A stretch of DNA of 58,544 nt, filler included, from Dugesia japonica (taxonomy: Eukaryota): NCBI GenBank assembly GCA_001938525.1. It is 5 parts of 5 records of this genome, joined end to end, with 100 filler letters (N's around TTAATTAATTAA, not from the genome) between each part and the next. Parts side by side here need not be neighbours in the genome. Positions count along the whole stretch, not along the records: positions 1 to 10,930 come from MQRL01489718.1; positions 11,031 to 20,337 come from MQRL01647554.1; 3 more parts are not named here. One strand, written 5' to 3'. Under the pieces are notes generated by a model that saw nothing but the letters and a program-made list of their open reading frames with translations, had not been told where the DNA came from and made no database searches. This document shows positions 1 to 14,274 of this stretch, piece after piece. A program made the position numbers and the translations under genes. Numbering within the stretch: the first letter of the stretch is position 1; each line of letters begins with the position of its first letter.

Positions 1-1501
1 TGATAAATTTGTGTCAGAACTTATAACTGAAAAATACTGAAATAATCATGAAAAGAAATTGGCAGTTTGATAAAAGGTAACAAGAAACTAAATATTCAAG
101 ATAAATTAGAGTATTATAAAAAAATCCAAAATTTCAAAAAAGTAATTTTCAAATGCAATTATTGATTTTAAATTGAATATAAAACAGTTTCAGTTTAGTA
201 AATGCAATATTGTTTACAAAATAATCCATAAAATTTTATTAATTAAAAAGAATTAATACTTGAAAATTTGTTCCAAAACTTAAAAATTGTTGTTATTATG
301 ACCTCATCGTTATTTTTAACGACATCACTACAATATTACGACTAATACCTTTATATTGTGCGAATAGTGTACTGTTATAAAGTGCTGGTAACATCCTCCC
401 CATTTTATTTTCATCTGTCCAAAGTTAGCATAGCCTTAACACCGGTCATTTTATTATTGTTTTGTCTCTTCAGATTATACACATATTTTTGTACTTGAGA
501 TTAAATCATAGTAGTTTCAGTAAATATCTAAAAAATTCAGTTTCGAAAACGTTAAGAGAGCTCTTCAACCCTGAGGCTATTCTTCAAGACATCACCAAAC
601 AACAGGCCACTACTCTACGATTCGTGATATGGTTTTGGGGCAGATCAAAATCCATGGTTGATTGTCGCGAACCACAGTCGTAGGAAGAACCAACAAATCC
701 GAGCATTGTAAGTAGATCTACGAGATAAACTGGATCAGAATAAGGACCTGCAGAATTAGATACAATAGAAAGATTGACAGCTAAATGAATTAGGAGACCA
801 ACTTCATCAACTCGTGGATAACTATCATAAGATTCTATAACAAATAGATATCCATCAAGTTCAATAAAACGCGAAAATAACAAGTATAATTCAGAAAATG
901 AAGCGAAAATTGGAAGTAGCTATCGCCGGCACAAGCGGAAGACCTAATTGAAAAATAAAAAGAATATTGTCTTGAACCCCAGCCAAGGAATGAAGCAGAA
1001 TTTGGATGGCGTTTGACGAAACCAAAGTTGAAGCTGACAGTTAATTCTTAACTGTGTGTATAAATATCATAATGCTTTGTTTTATGTTTGCTTCTAGCTG
1101 ATGTATATATTGTATGTGTTTCACTAAATCATTTAATATATGATGCTAACGGGGGTTTATTGCGTTTGAGTGATCGTTGCTCAAGAGAATATTTCTGTGG
1201 CGACATAAAATCTTTCTAATCACCGTGTAATCATTTACACCATCGTTTAAATAACTTAAACTCTACTAGTACCAACCCTTATTAGTGTTGATTTACCTGT
1301 TTAACCGTACATTGAAATTAATCACTAGAATAAAAACATACATTGTTCGTTTTTCATGAAAACAATTAATGTATTTTTATATTTAGATCATGTCCATCAA
1401 AGAAGTACACCTAATGCGAAATTAATTGCTGGAGAGACAGGCAAAGTGGAGTGTGGAGCAACGCAAGACTAAACATGAGCTGAAAGAAGCAAAAAAATGA
1501 A

Positions 1502-2938
1502 GTGATACAATTAAATATTGCGGGAGCGAGTGAGTTGCACAACCTTCAAAAGAGTGCTGAGGAATCTGAAGGCTGTTCCGAGCACAATTTTTTGCTTCGT
1601 TGTCTCCTTGATGAACAGAATCGATATGCCAAGTTCAACTTGCATATCGCGTTTTTAGACATTGCTGATGCCTTTGGAAGTATCCCAGTTGAGCATATTC
1701 TTGTTCTTCTTTCGAGAATGGGGGTCACCGAAAAGGCTACTGGATTAATCAGAGCCCTATATTCTGAATGCTCCAGCTATTACATCTGCAATAAGGTTTC
1801 TACTAACCCTATCGCTAACAAAAGAGGGGTTAGACAAGGCTGCCCTCTTTCAATGTTGTTGTTTAACATTGGCATCAATCCTATTATTAATGAGATTTCT
1901 AAAACTGAAGGTGCCGGTGTTAAATGTGCTGGACATCCCATATCTTGTTTGGCATATGCANACGATCTGGCACTTGTAGCCTCTTCCAAGGCTAGCCTAC
2001 AGGATATGGTTGATGCCGCTGTCAAATTTGCAGATTGGTCTCATCTTAATTTTCGGCCAAGCAAGTGCGCATATTTGTCTTGTCCAAAAAATAATGAACT
2101 TGCTCAAATTGTCGTTAGGGATGAAGCTATACCAAAACTGTTGAATAATGACTCTTATCGGTATCTTGGGGTCGATTTTAATCGTGTACACTTTCAAACA
2201 CCAACGGACATGTTTGCTAAAGCTGCAAAGGATGACAAGAAAATTTCTAACTCCGTACTGTATCCTTGGCAGAAAATCCACGCATATCGAACCTTTATTC
2301 ATTCTAGGTTCACTTTTGCTTTCAGAAACTTTAACATTCCGTTGGGAAAGTTTGACTGCAGTGAACATTATGAAAATGGAATTCTTCTTCGACTACGAGG
2401 TATCGATAAGCGCATTTGCACTAGCATTAGGCAAATCTTGTCTGTTCCAGCCACTGCTACATGTGACTATATGCATAGTTCTCGTAAACTTGGCGGGGTT
2501 GGGTTAACTTCTGCGAGGAACGAATATTCCGTACAATCTTTGGTTCAAGCTTTTAAAATGCTTACTTGTTTTGACAAGACTGTACGGGATGTCACCAGCA
2601 ATGATCTTGTTCATGCTGCGACTAAGCATCTTAAACGTTTTGATTTGCGTTCCTTAGATGAATCTCTTGATTGGCTCTTCATAGATACCACCAATTCGAA
2701 TCTGACGTGTTGGTGGTCTAAAGTCCATGAAGCAATTGCTTATCTGTACAGATTGTATTACATACAAATTAAGCTCAAAAGGAACGAACATGACATTTGT
2801 ATGCAGATAATTGATTGCTTCTCTGAAGGAAATTACTTAATTTCTTTCAAGGACCGGAGAGGTTATATGTTAAGGTTATATGTTAACATGAAAATAATGA
2901 ATAGAAAAGTTAATGAGCAAAATCGAAGAATCGATTGA
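1502..2938 (+). mobile_element. 5'-truncated non-LTR retrotransposon reverse transcriptase, R2 group (NeSL/Utopia-like); homology runs about 1560-2860
   Basis: RT motifs EGCSEHNFLL, FLDIADAFGSIP, GVRQGCPLSMLLFN, LAYAxDLAL, FRPSKC and YRYLGV. The LYPWQKIHAYRTF and RKLGGVGL thumb motifs are typical of NeSL/Utopia. No C-terminal CCHC or REL endonuclease is present. Confidence 0.85.
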
Positions 2939-3854
2939 GATTCATAAGACTGAATATCACGTAGGCCACCGAATTCTGGAAAGAGAAGTTGATGTTCACA
3001 AAAACATTACAAATTCTTGCGGTTCTAAGGTATCATCCCACAGATCAGAAAATGGACGAAAAAAGACAGGGAATCTTAAAACATGGAAAATATAAATAGC
3101 AATGCTAAAAACTTCGGAGCCCAACATAACACTTATTCATGACATTTATCAAATTATAGACGTTAGTTCACGGACCACTAAATAGTTAACCAAGGAGACC
3201 AATTTAAGAACTGCTTTGTTGGGTATTTTTCAATTTTTTTTAGATATTTCCAGGGTTTTTCTAACTTGTAGGGTTTTTTCAGTAGGACATTAATTTTTAA
3301 TTTTAAGGTATATTCAATTAACTTTACTTGTCATACGATTATATAATTTATTCCATTTACTTAAGAATTTAATTTAATTACTTTTAAATTTATTTATATT
3401 TTAAATTTCCTCATAATGTGTATTATCATTTAATAGCACATTTTCCTTTTTTAAAAAAATCTCTCGTTTGTAATTTCTAAAAATACTTCAAAATTTATTA
3501 ATTAGACTTGTCGTGAAATATTTATAAATATAACATATTTTTTGTTTTAATAACAAATTTGGAATAATTTTGGTATATATTGAATGTAAGTTAAATTTTA
3601 AATCTAATTCGTTTTAAAATATTATAAATAGAAAATATCATTTTTCATGTTTTTCAAAAATATCCAATCAGACAAATTTGCTTTTTATTGTAATATATTT
3701 TCAATTGTGAACTTTTAAGAAATTTTACAACTGTTAGTTCAATAAGAATATTGTCTAATAAATTTTTCTATCATCATGTTCCTAAAAAAAGTTCATGATT
3801 GTTTCTATGATATAAAAAGTAACAACTGATATCAGCTTACCTTAATGTTATTAA

Positions 3855-4066
3855 CCCTTCCACTGCACCAGCCATATATACCTGCTCCGAGCGTGTTATT
3901 TAACACCGTGTTTTTTAAATTTATCCCTGCTCAACACAACCTTTTTCGTTCGGTATATGGTACCTATGAACACGTTAAATGCTGGTGTTACGCTTTTGGT
4001 GTAGTAAAATCGGAGTTTTGTGCACAGCGAGCACAAAATCTAAAAACGTATTGCGCAGCGAAAGGA
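3855..4066. mobile_element. piggyBac-type non-autonomous element (MITE), 212 bp
   Basis: Flanked by TTAA (3851-3854 and 4067-4070). Imperfect TIRs CCCTTCCACTGCAC vs revcomp TCCTTTCGCTGCGC match 10/14, and all mismatches are transitions. Confidence 0.65.
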
Positions 4067-4879
4067 TTAAAGTTCTTTTTTAGTCAAAATGTATTTTATA
4101 AAATTTTCAAATGTTTTACTCGATGAAAACTAAATTTAAAACAATGATATGATTAGCATGAAGTAAAAATATTTTCTCAAGAATTTATATTTTCAATGGT
4201 TGGAGAATTTCAATTACCAATCAAATCGATAGCATATTTTAAAATTAATTTCAAACTTAAGTTAAATTTCCCATTAAGAACGAGAACATAAAATCCGAAT
4301 TATAAATCATTAATTACTGCTTATTCTTTTATGTAAATTGTAAGAATCATTCATAGATTTAAATATCTGAGAGATTTTTTTAAAAATATTTTATTGAAAA
4401 ATTTCGCAGATTATTTGTATGAATACTGTGAATTATCATCATTATTTTATTTTAATCAAAAACACTTGTAATAATAAATACAAATTTATGGAGAGTTGTG
4501 AGGTTTTGAATTTAAGTAATATTAATAAAACTAAAAAATTATTTATTAATATTAAATCTCAAACCAATGTAGAAATCAATGTTACACTTATTGTAAACTA
4601 GAAAACAATTTCGTTTTTCTATAAAAATAAAAACTATGAAAAATAAGTTCGCAATTGACCTTAAAGAAACAAAAGAAATATATGAACAAATCCTTTTTGT
4701 TTAATAAATTGATTACAGTGAATGTTTCATTGTCGAGATAAACAGAACACCTACGGTTAAAAACGTGATTTAAGTTGTTCATACACGTATAAAAGTAATA
4801 TTTCGTAGTTCAAATTTACCACGCTTTTAAAGCCTAATAATTACAATCCAGAAGAAGTTTCAAACATTTCAATTTCAAA

Positions 4880-6550
4880 ATATATCAATATATATATGTA
4901 TATGAATTATATACAAAATTTACAAGAAATTTATCAATTTTTTAAAATTATTTCAAGTTTTTATTTAGCAAAAAAAGTTTTTGAAATGTATTTTTATATT
5001 AATTGTAATAAAAAAGAATAATTTGTTTAAATTAATTATTAATGACAGAAAAATTGCAAAAAATTTTAATGTAAGCGTGAAGATGTAGGTCAGAAGATGA
5101 AATGTAAGTCAGAAGATATTGATAGAAACAAATTGTTTGCATTCGATAAATATTTAATTTGAAATAATTTATTTAATAAAATGACGAAATTTTCAATAAC
5201 TAATTTATGAAACGGTTTTACATTTGCAACATTTTACGACGTATAAATGCGACTTACAAGAAATAATTAGAAAAACTTTCAACCAATAGAATTTAGGAAA
5301 AATTATTTTTTTTAATGATTAGTTTCTATTTCAAACTGTTTTATTAAATAAATTTAAAGTTCTAAATTGAAAATACAAATATGTGTGAAATTAATTGTGA
5401 TTTGGAAAATCAATTATCTTAAGAAGTTTTATTTAGCTTGGATGCAGTAAATACCGATGTAATAACAGATATGTTATTACCAAATGTGTTCTGCAGAGGA
5501 GATGATATTGTGAATAGTATTTTGATGCTAAAACATTACCCAGATGAAACAACAGGAGATATTAGTCTCTTGTTTGATAGATGATGATTTGGTGGAAGTA
5601 TGTGCGAATACGTTGAAAAAAATTGAAGGGTTTCAGGTTTGTTTACGTTTGGCATTCCAAGGATTTTGTTAGTTTTTTATCTGGGCAAACTTGACTTATA
5701 AGTCCAACACCTCACCTCTTTTGTATTACATTTATTAAAAAAGTACATTTCAAAAACTTTTTTTGATAAATAAAAACATGAAATAATTTTTAAAAATTGA
5801 TTAATTTCTTCTAAATTTTGTATATAATTCATACAGATATATATATTTTTTGATATATTGATATATCTGCAAAAATATGATTTACAGATTTCTGATAATT
5901 TCCGCTTGTAACTTTGGCGTAACTTCTAGCTGCATCAACTATATCTCTTCTTTTCTCTTTTTTCGATCTACTATCGTCATTTTTCTTCAATTTCTTCCAT
6001 ACTCTTTCCTATCTATGATATCATTTTTTTCTCAGTAAAAAATTTTTTGTAAAAAATCTTTTCATAAAGTATTTTACAATCTTAAAATAAACTTAAATAT
6101 CTTCATTTCTGCGCCTGTAATTAATCTACCTTTGAAAATCTTTGATAACATATTTCTCTTTCTCAAATGCCAAACGTAAACGAACCTGAAACCCTTCAAC
6201 TTTTTTCAACGTATCACACATTCTTCCACCAAATCATCATCTAACAAACAAGGGACTTGTTTCTCTCTTGTTTTTTCATCTGGGTAATGTTTCTAACCTC
6301 AAAATACAATTCACAATTTTTCGATATCATCTCCTCTGTAGATACGAGCCTATATATGATAGAATCGATATTTACCGGTACTACCAAGTTAGATAAATTT
6401 TCAAATGATAATTTATTTTCGAAATAAGAACAATTATTTGTAGATATATTTATTTCACAATTAACACAGATTACGGATTAAAATTTTTATAGGTAAATAG
6501 AAATAATTAATATTAATAATCGTTTTAATAGCTTTCTATTGGCTGAAATT
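4880..6550. repeat. Two diverged, oppositely oriented copies of a dispersed repeat (interleaved inverted repeats)
   Basis: ~5490-5656 is the reverse complement of ~6166-6342 and extends loosely to 5270/6550. ~4880-4995 is the reverse complement of ~5738-5866. 5335-5425 recurs at ~49500-49590. Confidence 0.75.
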
Positions 6551-6979
6551 ATTAATTATTTCCTTATAAATATCATAGAATTTCATTTTTAGATTTTAAA
6601 ATTCTAAATTTTTTAAAATTCTCATTATAATTATTTAATATTCAATATAATTACTTAAATAATCTCATTTTGTCTGCTGAATGTTAATCCATCGAAATAG
6701 TTAACAATAAAGTTTTATTTTAAATGGAGTTATTTAGTTTATACTAAAAATTTGCCATTGTTGTTCACATATTTATTAATTTAAATTAAGTATCCGTAAC
6801 TTTAAAATTTTAAAATTGCTCTTACAGGATTTCTCATATATATATAAATTCAGTTTCTCAAAATATAACTACATTTTCTAAAATAATAATTTTAATTTTA
6901 ATGTAACTACATTTTTTAACAGAAATATATAGAAAAAAATAGTAGAACTAATTCAAGAATTTTTAAAGAAAATTTTATA

Positions 6980-7075
6980 ATTACAATTATTGTGAGAATA
7001 ATTGTTGGAATTAACCATTGATCGCATTTGAGATTTCATTAAAATAAAGATAAAGCTTCGATCAAAATAAAATGA
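6980..7075. repeat. Partial copy of the dispersed hammerhead-carrying repeat family (also at ~20062-20190, 35991-36322, 37626-37889, ~48150-48255)
   Basis: Shares CAATTATTG(T/C)GAGAATAA..TAACCA(T/C)TGATCG with the 20062 and 37626 copies, and the AAAGCTTCGATCAAAA motif with the other copies. Confidence 0.7.
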
Positions 7076-7859
7076 TCAAGCAGGTTTAACAGATGAAGAA
7101 ATATTAGCTACTAAAAACCATGGAATTAGATGGCATGTCTACATTGACTAGAGATTTATCACATACGTAAAAATATATAATTGTCGATTAAAAAGATGAA
7201 TTATTTGTATTTACCTGCTATGCTCAATCTAATAAAGCAATATTTTTCGTATTTTAAAGATATATATATATATATATACTTAAATTTGAAACCACTATCA
7301 AGAAAAAGAGACGAAATAATTCAATGTGCATATTAATAGATAATAAAACAATATCATTTGAAGGATGGTTTAGAGAGATGAGAAAAATTGCAGAAACGAG
7401 GAATTGTATGACATAAATTTGAATAAATTTTACTGTTTTTAATTTGATTATACTACTCTAAAAATTTTTTTATACTTCGAAAAAATGTATTTATTTTTAC
7501 AAGAAACTCTGTAAAATTAGTCTACTCTTGAAATTTTTTTTCAGTGTATTACATCAATATTTTTTATTACATTTGATTAATTGCTTTGTTTATTGAAGGA
7601 ATGCATTTCTACAAAAGAGCTAAGTAGTTTATAGAGAGTCATAATTTGCATCATATTAGAAATATTTGACGTAAATTACATTTCCAAAATGCGTTAATTT
7701 ATGTAATTGAAGGGTTGCCAACTTAACAGAAATTACCAGAGTCTGGAAAAATGTTAATTAACTTTGGGACGCTAGTGCTTTCGCTTAATTTGATTTAATT
7801 CAAGCTGTGAAATAAATAAAATATTTTTATTTAACAATTTATTTATATTATGCCATATA

Positions 7860-8350
7860 ATTTTCCAAACAAAGGACATAGAAACATCATTTACATAAGT
7901 ACAAGCGTTTTTTAAAATACATGTCTATGCGCGTCCTTCAATGGTCAAGAAAACGTATAAACATATCTTGAGTTATGCTTACAATGACATTGATGATATG
8001 TTTCTTAAATGATTTATATTTATCTTTTCTTGATACCCATGACCATTAAATTCTCTCTAAGATAAAAATCAAGTAGATGACATCTGGGAATTTTAGAGAC
8101 CACCACAAAGTATTTTGGAACTTTATAATAAATTTTACAAGTATTGTTTGTGATTTTCATCTAATAATTACATTCAAATTCGATTACAGCCTTATGACTG
8201 CTTCCTGAATCGACTCTCAGTATGATATCAATTCGTTGCTCTTAATTCAAACGCATTTCTTAGGATATCTAAAATATACAAATTAAAATAGATAAAAATA
8301 ATTTTCATTAAAAATTGTTTCTTTTCGCTGTGTATGGAACTTTATGAGAC
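7860..8350 (-). mobile_element. Highly decayed Tc1/mariner-superfamily transposase remnant
   Basis: The minus strand near 8050-8105 reads WWSLKFPDV.., resembling the WPPxSPDLxPxDF motif. Many stops. Confidence 0.3.
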
Positions 8351-8953
8351 ATCTCGTATTTATTTCATGAATCATACGCTAAAAATTATTAAAATATAAA
8401 TAAAATCACAATACACAAAATATAGTACAACTAGACATTGAAGAACACCAATATACTTAAAGAAAAAGGTTAATTCATTCTAATGAGAAGGTTGAGATTG
8501 ATTTTTCTTTACAACACACCGTGGTATAAAAATGCAATTTTTCGGCCAAAAAATCTTAAATGATAGTAAATGCTGAAAACTGACTAAGCTTTTAATTTTA
8601 AAGAAAATATAAAATTAGTTTGGCATACACACATTTTCAAATTAAAAATATGATGCTCCTATGAGGTATAAGAAAAATAGACAACTGGAATGAGTTTAAA
8701 ACTTCACTTAATTTTTTGTAAAAATTCTTTAAAAAATAATAAAATATTTTATTATTAATTAAGTGTTTGATGATTCACTCAACAAATTCATTTAAATATT
8801 CTTTGGAAAACATTTAAGAACCTTAATTCAAAACATACAAATGAGAATCCTATTCTCTTTGAAATGCTATTTGAGTTAAAAATAAAACAAACCAAATTAA
8901 GTAACTTTTCTACTAAAATATAAATTCAAGATATTCCAATTGTTATAGAAATA

Positions 8954-10053
8954 CAGTAAACTTCGGTTAATTTGAATCCGCTTAATCCGGATAAAATTTG
9001 GGATATAGTAACCTGAGATTGTTTAATGAAATACGCGATTAATCCAATACGGAAAGAAATATAAAGTTGCAATTATGAAATAAAGTCATATAGAAATCAC
9101 CGCACTGTTTTCGAACTACCACGCATAATCTTGTGATGTGGCGTTACATATGAAAAGGCTTATATAACGTCATTATTCCAAGAATTCGTGCAAAAACACA
9201 AGAACAGACAACCGGAAAGTGCACCCTTCATTGACAACTGCTCTGCGCATGCGAAGGTGGAAGAGTTGTTGCAAGGAACAATTTTCTTTCTCCTCAAAAA
9301 CAACATTGCACATACAGCCTCTAGGTGCCGATGTGATTCATAATCTAAAAAATCCTCACTTTATGCTCTTCATATGATTAAGAGCAGCTGAGACGATATG
9401 TCCACAAATGCCACTTTGCAATGGTTTTCATTATTCCGGATTCAGTGAAGAAATTCAACCATTGTCTACTGGCTACGAACAAAATTTCAATACCAATGAT
9501 GGGACCATATAGGACATCCATCGTGACAACGGATTAATTTCCATTAAAGTTATATGTAATGATTATGTCATGGCGGATAACGATCTCCTAGTTACAAATA
9601 TTCTATCTACTCATGACATTTTAGAGCAACTACGAGCACCAGATTCAAACGATGTAAGTGATGATGACAATAATGCTGACAGTTTTACTGTACCTACTAT
9701 TTGTCACGCTGAGAATGTTGTGACATCCAAAGTCCTTTGATAACAATTAATGAAGGCCCACACAATTGCCAATTTTCAAGTGCTAACTAACATCGGAAAT
9801 ATATTAGAAGAGTCTGTATTGAAAAAGTTCCACCAAAGGATGATTATTGATTATTTCCGTCGTGAATAAATCGTAGTAACTTGTTATGGATACATGCTCA
9901 CATTTTTATTTCGTTATGCATTTTATCATAGTGAAAATGATATTCTTTGATCTTGTTTAATGTAGAAAAATGATAAAACGTTTAACACAGATACAGGTTA
10001 ATTTGTCCTAAATTTCTTGGCAACAGACGATTCTGATTAACCGGAGTTTACTG
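8954..10053 (+). mobile_element. pogo/Tigger-family DNA transposon, internally deleted (1.1 kb)
   Basis: TIRs CAGTAAACTTCGGTTAAT / ATTAACCGGAGTTTACTG with TA on both sides. Internal remnant FIDNCSAH ... PLGADVIHNLK matches the pogo DDE motifs (LDNCSAH, QPLDQGVI). Confidence 0.85.
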
Positions 10054-10627
10054 TAATTGTAACTATTGGTTTTCAATTTTATTTAATTTAGAAAACAAAT
10101 TAACTATTGAAATAAATTTCATAATTTTTAAATTTTTTTTTATTTTAAATATTTTATAATTTTTTTTATTGTCAGTAATTGATAATTGATTTAAAGTTTA
10201 ATGTTTTCTATGAAAAATTTTCAACATAAATTTTTCACGAATAATTTATAGATTTTTAACAACCATCAAATCAGATTTTATTTTTGTGAATGAGATCGGT
10301 TAGGGAAAATTTAAAATATTTAAATTTAGAAAAATTTATATGAAAATTATTTAAAAATCTATTCCAACCATATCTGATATTAAGAAAAAAATTTTAGAAA
10401 TCGACCAATAAAATGCTAAACTTTTATAGATTTTTGATTAGTATGTTTTGTACTAATAATACTAAGAAAAAAGCAAAAAAATATTTGATGCTTTCTATTA
10501 AAAAATTATTTTGAGTCAGTAACTCAAGAAATTAATGATGAATTTAAATATATGTTTAACATTTATTTATATTTTCTACTGTTTGTTTTGATAACGATAT
10601 TGCATTATTCAAGATATTTGTCGTTCA

Positions 10628-10930
10628 AAATAATATGAATCAAAATATTATGAATCAAAATAATGAATCAAAATAATATGAATCAAAATATTATGAATCA
10701 AAATAATNNNNNNNNNNNNNNNNNNNNNNNNNNNNNNNNNNNNNNNNNNNNNNNNNNNNNNNNNNNNNNNNNNNNNNNNNNNNNNNNNNNNNNNNNNNNN
10801 NNNNNNNNNNNNNNNNNNNNNNNNNNNNNNNNNNNNNNNNNTATGAATCAAAATATTATGAATCAAAATAATATGAATCAAAATAATATGAATCAAAATA
10901 ATATGAATCAAAATAATATGAATCAAAATA
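10628..10930. repeat. 15-bp minisatellite (ATGAATCAAAATA[A/T]T)n, partly N-masked
   Basis: Tandem units are visible on both sides of the gap. Confidence 0.9.
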
Positions 10931-11030
10931 NNNNNNNNNNNNNNNNNNNNNNNNNNNNNNNNNNNNNNNNNNNNTTAATTAATTAANNNNNNNNNNNNNN
11001 NNNNNNNNNNNNNNNNNNNNNNNNNNNNNN
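10931..11030. other. Artificial scaffold linker 44N-TTAATTAATTAA-44N
   Basis: Exactly 100 bp, with an identical layout at four places. The core puts stop codons in all six frames. Confidence 0.9.
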
Positions 11031-13120
11031 TTTTATAATCCAGCAGTCTTGTGGAAATCTATGAAATAATAATCCGGGACTAAAACAAATAAATCAACAT
11101 ACCTGACATACACATACAATTGTGTTATCATCTCACATACCCCTCGTTTTAAATAGCTTTAGCCATTCTATATTTTGAACTATCTCTTTACTTTCAGAAT
11201 TTCTTAATTTAAAGCTATTATTGTGTATTTCATTTATAATTTCACAAGGTCCTCCGTATCTATTATCCTGTTTATCTCTTATGTCTATTTTTACCAGCAC
11301 ATTATCACCAATTTTGTAATGTCTAAGAATTTTTTTATCATTATTGTAATCATTAATCATATTAGTACTATGAATAACTTCCTTTCTTTTGCACCGAACA
11401 TCTTTCATCAATTTAATATATTCTAATGAATCTTCGCAAGATGGGATTTCATGGATAAACATTTCTTTGTTTATAATTTGGCCAAAAACAATTTCTACTG
11501 GGCTACATTTTAACTTTTTTTGNGTTGTCGCATTCAAAGCAAATTCTTTTGTAGTGCATCTTCCCAATTTTTATGTGATTGGTCCTTAAACTACAAGATA
11601 GCCAATCTCTTATTGTACTAAATTGTCTTTTTCCATTGGCTTGGTGATAGGGACTTGAATAAATAATATCAAAATTAAATTTTTCTGACAAATTTCGTAA
11701 TAAATTTGATTTGAAACCTTTGCCTCTATCTACATAAATTGTTTAAGTGGCACCATATTGAAAAATACATACATTTCGTGATGGTTTTATCATCTTGTGA
11801 TGTAACAGCCTTTAATCTTATATTCACTAAATTTATCAATTATAGCAAAAATATATTTCTTTCTGAAACGGTCCTCAAAAATCAATAAAAATGCTTTGAA
11901 ATATTTCATGTACATTACTTTTAACCATCATTTCTTTAATTTTGCATGTCAATGTTTTGCGTTTTTGACAAAAGTCACAATTTGTTATAATGTCTGTGAT
12001 AGTTTTATTTATATTTGTATAATCATATGATGCCGAAATATAATTTACGAGTTTATTAGTCCCAGCATGACACAGCTCTTTGTGTATTTCTAAAAAAGAC
12101 TCCTGCTTTCTTTCTTCGGGGATATATATTTTATTTTTCTGACTAAAAACTATGTTTTTATCCATATAAAATTTACTTTCTTGTTTGTCATTGATTCTTG
12201 ATATACATTTGCTTTGCCATTTATTTTCATTTTTTATTTCTTCAATTGCCAAAATTTTTGTCTTTATTCATTCTGTTTTTACATTTTGATGGGCCATCTG
12301 GCATTGTTTGCAATCTTCTATATTTAACCTTGATAGGGCATCAGCCTTATTGTGTGATTCACCTTTACGATATTCTAGAATCATATCCAAATTACTTAAA
12401 AAATTTATCCAGTTTTNAAATTGAGCTGCTATTGGTTTTTTTGTTGTCATCATAAAAGTAATTGCCTTATGGTCTGTCCTAAAAATGAATTTCTTTCCAT
12501 ATAAGTAATGTTTAAAATGTTGTACAAAGTAAAAAATTGATAAAAATTCCTTCTAAGTTATGCAGTATCCAATTTCATGTTTATTCATGCTTTTCGATCT
12601 ATATGCGATGATGACTTCTTTTAAATATTCATCTTTTTGTGATAAAACTGCGCCCTCTTAATCAAAACTTGCATTTGTATCTAAAATAAAAGTTTTCTAA
12701 AAGTTTGGATGTCTTAATATTAGTGTCTTTGTGAGACTTTCTTTTAGACTTTTAAACGCTTCTTCACATTTTTCAGTCAAACCTTATTTTACCTCTTTAT
12801 TCCCAATTAAACCTTCCAAAGTCTTGCAATTAATAATCTTTTATGAATTTGCGATAATAATTTGTTAGACCTTAAAAGCTACGAAGATATTTAATGTATC
12901 GAGGTTTTCTAAATTCTTTTAATCCCTTCCTTATTTTTAAGAACTTTAATTCGGATACTAAAAAATTGCATTTTTCTGGATTTATTTTTAGACCAGATTT
13001 CTTAATTCGTAAAATTATTTATTCAATCTTTTCTTTATGTTCATTGAAATTTTTTGAAAATATTAATATATCATCGAGATAAACCAGGGCTTCTTTCCAC
13101 ATTATGTCTAAAAATTGAAC
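11031..13120 (-). mobile_element. Ty3/Gypsy LTR retrotransposon 3' part (RT C-term, RNase H, integrase, PPT, start of 3' LTR), degenerate
   Basis: ALVYLDDILIFS (~13090), YRKGESHNKADALSR, IHKELCHAG..CDFCQ, SSPYHQANG and YKIGDNVLV..RYGGPCEI. Purine tract AAAACGAGGGGTA is followed by TG at 11137. Confidence 0.9.
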
Positions 13121-14274
13121 ACTTTTCATTCTAAGATTTATTTAAGACAACAACAAAAACACAACAATATCAATTTGTTTTTAAGTAAATTTAAAAGTTT
13201 TATAGATGAGACTTGAACAAAAAATATTATTCATCGAAATATTTTTTAAATAAAATTTCAAAATTCCATATAAAAATGTTTTAAAGAAAATTAAAAAAAT
13301 AATATATTTAATTAATTTTTATTTAATATATTTAAAATTTACAGCAAATTAAAAATTTAATGTTCAGATTTTCATAACATTTAAATACGTAAAATTTTAT
13401 GTTCACAAATTTCTTTTAGGATTTAATAAAATATATTTTAAAAAGTTTAGTTTTTTAAACAGTTAAATACGTAAACTTTTTATGATTATTTAACAAATTT
13501 ATTTTATGATTTAAGTAAAAATATGTAATAAATAATTTAATAATTTCGTCTCATTATACAAAAACTTTGAAATTGCTATNNNNNNNNNNNNNNNNNNNNN
13601 NNNNNNNNNNNNNNNNNNNNNNNNNNNNNNNNNNNNNNNNNNNNNNNNNNNNNNNNNNNNNNNNNNNNNNNNNNNNNNNNNNNNNNNNNNNNNNNNNNNN
13701 NNNNNNNNNNNNNNNNNNNNNNNNNNNNNNNNNNNNNNNNNNNNNNNNNNNNNNNNNNNNNNNNNNNNNNNNNNNNNNNNNNNNNNNNNNNNNNNNNNNN
13801 NNNNNNNNNNNNAAAACCATGTTAAGCATAATAATTGTTTTATATAATTAAATCAATATTAAATATAATCAATATTTCAATTAAATTAAAATCAATACAC
13901 ACAATTTATGAATAAAATTCATCGATACATTATTGATATTTCAAATCAATATATATAAATCAATTTTGAATTATTTTAATTATACTGAAATATTTAAATA
14001 TAATTTCTCTATTTCTTTGATTAACTGATATTAAGATAATGGACATGAATTTTAATTGCTCAATATCATTTAATGGAAATTCTAATGCCATTTTTTAAAT
14101 ATTATTATTCATAATAATAACAATTATAATTAATTCTAATGATAATTAATTAATAATAATAAAATTCATAATTTTATTTTGCGTAAAATTTTTTTAATAA
14201 TTATTTTTTTTCGCCTGAAAAATTATAAATTTCTAATATTTAATAAGTAGAAATTAATTGAGAAACCAACCAAC

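Noticed and set aside
1053-1342. Possible solo LTR (TG...CA with AATAAA)
   Set aside because: No TSD, PBS or second copy was seen.
10648-10986. ORFs (MNQNN)n / (IHIIL)n
   Set aside because: They are translations of a 15-bp minisatellite and Ns.
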